A stretch of 61,670 nt of DNA from an uncultured Merdimonas sp. (GTDB lineage Bacteria > Bacillota > Clostridia > Lachnospirales > Lachnospiraceae): NCBI GenBank assembly GCA_944383645.1, contig CALWQJ010000001.1:1-61670 (forward strand), given 5' to 3'. The notes under the pieces were generated by a model that had not been told where the DNA came from, searched no databases, and worked only from the letters and a program-made list of their open reading frames with translations. Below, piece by piece: positions 58,660 through 61,670 of this stretch. The position numbers and the translations under genes are program-made. Position 1 is the stretch's first letter. Every line of letters starts with the position of its first letter.

Positions 58660-59127
58660 TTACAGGTTCCTGACCTTAAATTCCTTCTCCGCCTCCCGGC
58701 GCTGATCCTTTTTCGCGATATCCTGCCGTTTGTCGTACAGCTTCTTTCCTCTGGCCAGCCCGATCTCCACCTTCACCAGGCTGCCCTTCAGGTAGACGCG
58801 CAAGGGCACCAGCGTATATCCCTTTTCCGCCGTCTTCCCGGCGATTTTCCGGATCTCGTACTTGTGAAGCAGAAGCTTCCGGGGCCTTAAGGGATCCTTA
58901 TTAAAAATATTTCCCTTCTCGTAAGGGCTGATGTGCATGCCGTAGACATACACCTCTTCGTTTTTTTCCACTTTGATAAACGCTTCCTTGATGCTGCATT
59001 TGCCCATGCGGACGGACTTCACCTCCGTCCCGGCCAGGGAAATGCCCGCTTCATAGGTATCGTCGATAAAATAATCATGGTAAGCCTTTTTATTGTTGGC
59101 TACCAGCTTAAAATTATCCTTCCCCAT
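58660..59127 (-). CDS. smpB: SsrA-binding protein
   Basis: [29 protein letters not shown]. Confidence 0.98.
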   Translation of the reverse strand: MGKDNFKLVANNKKAYHDYFIDDTYEAGISLAGTEVKSVRMGKCSIKEAFIKVEKNEEVYVYGMHISPYEKGNIFNKDPLRPRKLLLHKYEIRKIAGKTAEKGYTLVPLRVYLKGSLVKVEIGLARGKKLYDKRQDIAKKDQRREAEKEFKVRNL

Positions 59128-59142
59128 AACATGTCAACTCCT

Positions 59143-61257
59143 TTATGCCATCTCAAAATCTATCGTCCGGCAGAGCCGGTCCGTTCCCTTCACGCGGACG
59201 CGCACCTTCTCGCCCAGCCGGTACGCAAGGCCGGTACGCGCTCCCCGAAGCTCGCTGGCATTCTCGTCGAATTCGTAGAAATCCCCTTCCAGGGAATTCA
59301 CATGGACCAGGCCCTCCACCGTATTCGCAAGCTCCACGTACAGTCCGTACGCGGTGATGCCGGAAATCACGCCGTCGTATTCTTCCCCGATATGGCGTTC
59401 CATATAGTCCACCTTCTTCAGCTTCACCGTCTCCCGCTCTGCCTCGTCGGCCCGGCGCTCTGTCTCGCTGGAATGCTTCGCCACCTCTGAAAGAATGGCT
59501 TCGTAATGCTCCACTCTCTCCGCTGTCAGGCGGCCCCGCAGATTTTCCTTGATGATGCGGTGAATCTGCAGATCCGGGTAGCGGCGGATCGGCGAGGTGA
59601 AATGGCAGTAATAAGGGGCTGCCAGCCCAAAATGCCCGCTGCAGTCCGTGGCGTACTGGGCCCGTTTCATGGAGCGTAAGGTCAGGCGGCTCAGCATGGC
59701 TTCCTCCGGCGTCCCGGCAATCCGGTCCAGAAGCTTCTGAATCTCACCGGGATGAAGCTCGTCCCCGGCCGTGCGCAGCTGATAGCCGAAATTGCGGATA
59801 AAGGTAGCAAGCCTCTGCATCCGATCCGCGTCCGGCTTCTCATGCACCCGGTACACGAAGGGCTGGGCCTGCCAGTAATAATCCTCCGCCACCGTCTCGT
59901 TGGCCGCCAGCATAAAATCCTCGATGAGCCGCGTGGCCGCGTTCCTCTCATAGGGCCGGATATCCACCGTATGGCCCTTTTCGTCCAGGATCACCTTCGT
60001 CTCCGGAAAATCAAAGTCAATAGAGCCCCGTTTTCTGCGCCGCCTGCGCAGAAGTCCCGACACATGCTCCATCTCCAGAAGCATGGGCACCAGCTCCGGG
60101 TACCGGGCCTGCTCCTCCGGGTCGCCGTCCAGCACCTTCTGTACCCCGGTATAGCTCAAGCGGCGGTTCACCCGGATGACCGATTCCGCAATCCTGTGCC
60201 CCGTAATCCTTCCCCTCTCATCCAGCGTCATGATACAGCTTAAAGCCAGCCGGTCTTCACCCTCATTCAGGGAACAGATCCCGTTGGACAGGGTCCGGGG
60301 CAGCATGGGGATCACCCGATCCGCCAGGTAGACGCTTGTCCCCCGCTCCTTCGCCTCCCAGTCCAGGGCGCTGTTCTCCTGGACATAATTGGCCACATCC
60401 GCGATGTGTACGCCCAGGATATACTGATCCCCCTCTTTTTTCAGGAAAACGGCGTCGTCCAGATCCTTCGCGTCCTCGCCGTCGATGGTCACGCAGACCT
60501 CCTCCCTGAGGTCAAGCCTGCCCGCCCGGTCCGCGTCCGACACAGGCTTCGCTGCCCGCTCCGCCTGGTTTTCCACCCGCTCCGGAAACTCCATGGGCAG
60601 GCCGTAGGCCAGGATAATGGAGAGCACCTCTGTCTCCGGATCCGAGGCCTCGCCCAGGATCTGCGTGATCCGTCCCTCCGGGTTCCTCCTGCCCCTGCCG
60701 TAATCGGTGATCTCCGCCGTCACCTTCTGCCCTGTGACGGCTCCTCTCGTCCGCTCCAGCGGGATGAAGATATCCCGGTTGATCCGCTGGTTATCCGGGA
60801 TCACGAAGCCAAAATTCTTGCTTCGCTCAAAGGTGCCGATCACCTCCGTGACGCTGTGCCCAAGAATCTTCGTAACCACGCCCTCGGGCCTTCTGCCGCC
60901 GCGCCCCTTGATGACCACCTCCACGGTATCTCCCAGGAACGCGTCCCCTGTATCGTTCTCCCCGATAAAAATATCCTGCTCCAGGCCCTCCACAGACACG
61001 AAGCCAAAGCCCTTGGCATGGCTTGTGAAGACGCCCACGGCCTTTCGGGGCTGGGCCTTGCTGTAGCGTCCCCGCTTGGAAAGCTCGATTTTCCCTTCGC
61101 CAAGAAGCTCCTCCAGGGCGCGGGAGAGCTCCTCCCGATCTTCCTTCGCCACCTGGAGGATCACCGCCAGCTCCTTTTGCTTCATCGGCACATAATGGGG
61201 ATCGCTGATGAATTCATATATGATTTTCTTTCTCTCTTCAAACGTCTTGTCTGCCAT
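59143..61257 (-). CDS. rnr: Ribonuclease R
   Basis: TIDGEDAKDLDDA, HFGLA, HFTSPIRRYPD, C-terminal S1 domain; start ATG 61257. Confidence 0.97.
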   Translation of the reverse strand: MADKTFEERKKIIYEFISDPHYVPMKQKELAVILQVAKEDREELSRALEELLGEGKIELSKRGRYSKAQPRKAVGVFTSHAKGFGFVSVEGLEQDIFIGENDTGDAFLGDTVEVVIKGRGGRRPEGVVTKILGHSVTEVIGTFERSKNFGFVIPDNQRINRDIFIPLERTRGAVTGQKVTAEITDYGRGRRNPEGRITQILGEASDPETEVLSIILAYGLPMEFPERVENQAERAAKPVSDADRAGRLDLREEVCVTIDGEDAKDLDDAVFLKKEGDQYILGVHIADVANYVQENSALDWEAKERGTSVYLADRVIPMLPRTLSNGICSLNEGEDRLALSCIMTLDERGRITGHRIAESVIRVNRRLSYTGVQKVLDGDPEEQARYPELVPMLLEMEHVSGLLRRRRRKRGSIDFDFPETKVILDEKGHTVDIRPYERNAATRLIEDFMLAANETVAEDYYWQAQPFVYRVHEKPDADRMQRLATFIRNFGYQLRTAGDELHPGEIQKLLDRIAGTPEEAMLSRLTLRSMKRAQYATDCSGHFGLAAPYYCHFTSPIRRYPDLQIHRIIKENLRGRLTAERVEHYEAILSEVAKHSSETERRADEAERETVKLKKVDYMERHIGEEYDGVISGITAYGLYVELANTVEGLVHVNSLEGDFYEFDENASELRGARTGLAYRLGEKVRVRVKGTDRLCRTIDFEMA

Positions 61258-61320
61258 ATCCCTCCGGAAACACAAAGCACCCTCGGAGTCCCCGGGAGTG
61301 CTTTTGTAAACTGCGTATCT

Positions 61321-61557
61321 TTAGAAAAAGCTTAAGTTCAGTACCAGCGCCAGTACGATAAAGGAGGCCGCCAGTATCTTTGTGAAGAGCACCAGCTTTC
61401 CTTCCGCGGAACGCCCCTTATTCTGCTCCCAGAAGGAATTGCCGCCCGCGATCGCGCCAAGACCGTTGGATTTTCCTTCCTGCATCAGAACCACAATCGT
61501 CAGCGCAATGCATACCAGAACAAACAGAACCGTCAATATAATTCTGAAAATACCCAC
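61321..61557 (-). CDS. secG: Preprotein translocase subunit SecG
   Basis: Two TM helices, VLMQEGK..GLGAIAGG; secG-rnr-smpB synteny. Confidence 0.93.
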   Translation of the reverse strand: MGIFRIILTVLFVLVCIALTIVVLMQEGKSNGLGAIAGGNSFWEQNKGRSAEGKLVLFTKILAASFIVLALVLNLSFF

Positions 61558-61570
61558 TTTTACACCTCCC

Positions 61571-61670
61571 TTATTTTCTCACCAGAAGAGACCTGCCTGT
61601 CATCTCTTTCGGCTGCTCCATTCCCATCAGCTCGATGAGCGTCGGAATGATGTCAGCCAGGCAGCCGCCT
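61571..61670 (-). CDS. gpmI: 3' end of 2,3-BPG-independent phosphoglycerate mutase (partial)
   Basis: Minus strand translates [32 protein letters not shown]. Confidence 0.88.
   Translation of the reverse strand, partial: GGCLADIIPTLIELMGMEQPKEMTGRSLLVRK

Overview
Bacterial chromosome segment, GC-rich and consistent with a gut Clostridia/Lachnospiraceae-like organism (taxonomy inferred from gene order and protein style). Almost all genes lie on the minus strand. The housekeeping backbone is gpmI(partial)-secG-rnr-smpB, metV-metF, carAB, nnr, prmA-rsmE-cysteine desulfurase-thiI, ylxM-ffh-rpsP-khpA-rimM-trmD ... rplS-lepB-rbgA-lepB-rnhB-yraN-pgeF, prs, DUF512-der-plsY-gpsA, an aromatic amino-acid-type ABC transporter and ilvN-ilvC. 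The standout feature is that trmD is fused in one 726-aa ORF to a [2Fe-2S]/ASKHA corrinoid reductive activase (RACo/AE type). The remaining parts of a four-component cobalamin-dependent demethylase system (URO-D-family MT1, pterin-binding MT2, corrinoid protein), plus a DUF2284 gene and a frameshifted PucR-family regulator, sit between trmD and rplS. A second activase lacking the Fe-S domain follows ilvC. Accessory regions include a mannose-family PTS catabolic cluster, an ECF sigma/SPOR anti-sigma/lipoprotein module, a CAAX protease gene with an in-frame amber codon, and several candidate structured RNA or operator elements. No tRNA, rRNA, CRISPR array or transposase was recognised. All family calls come from motif recognition, not database searches.
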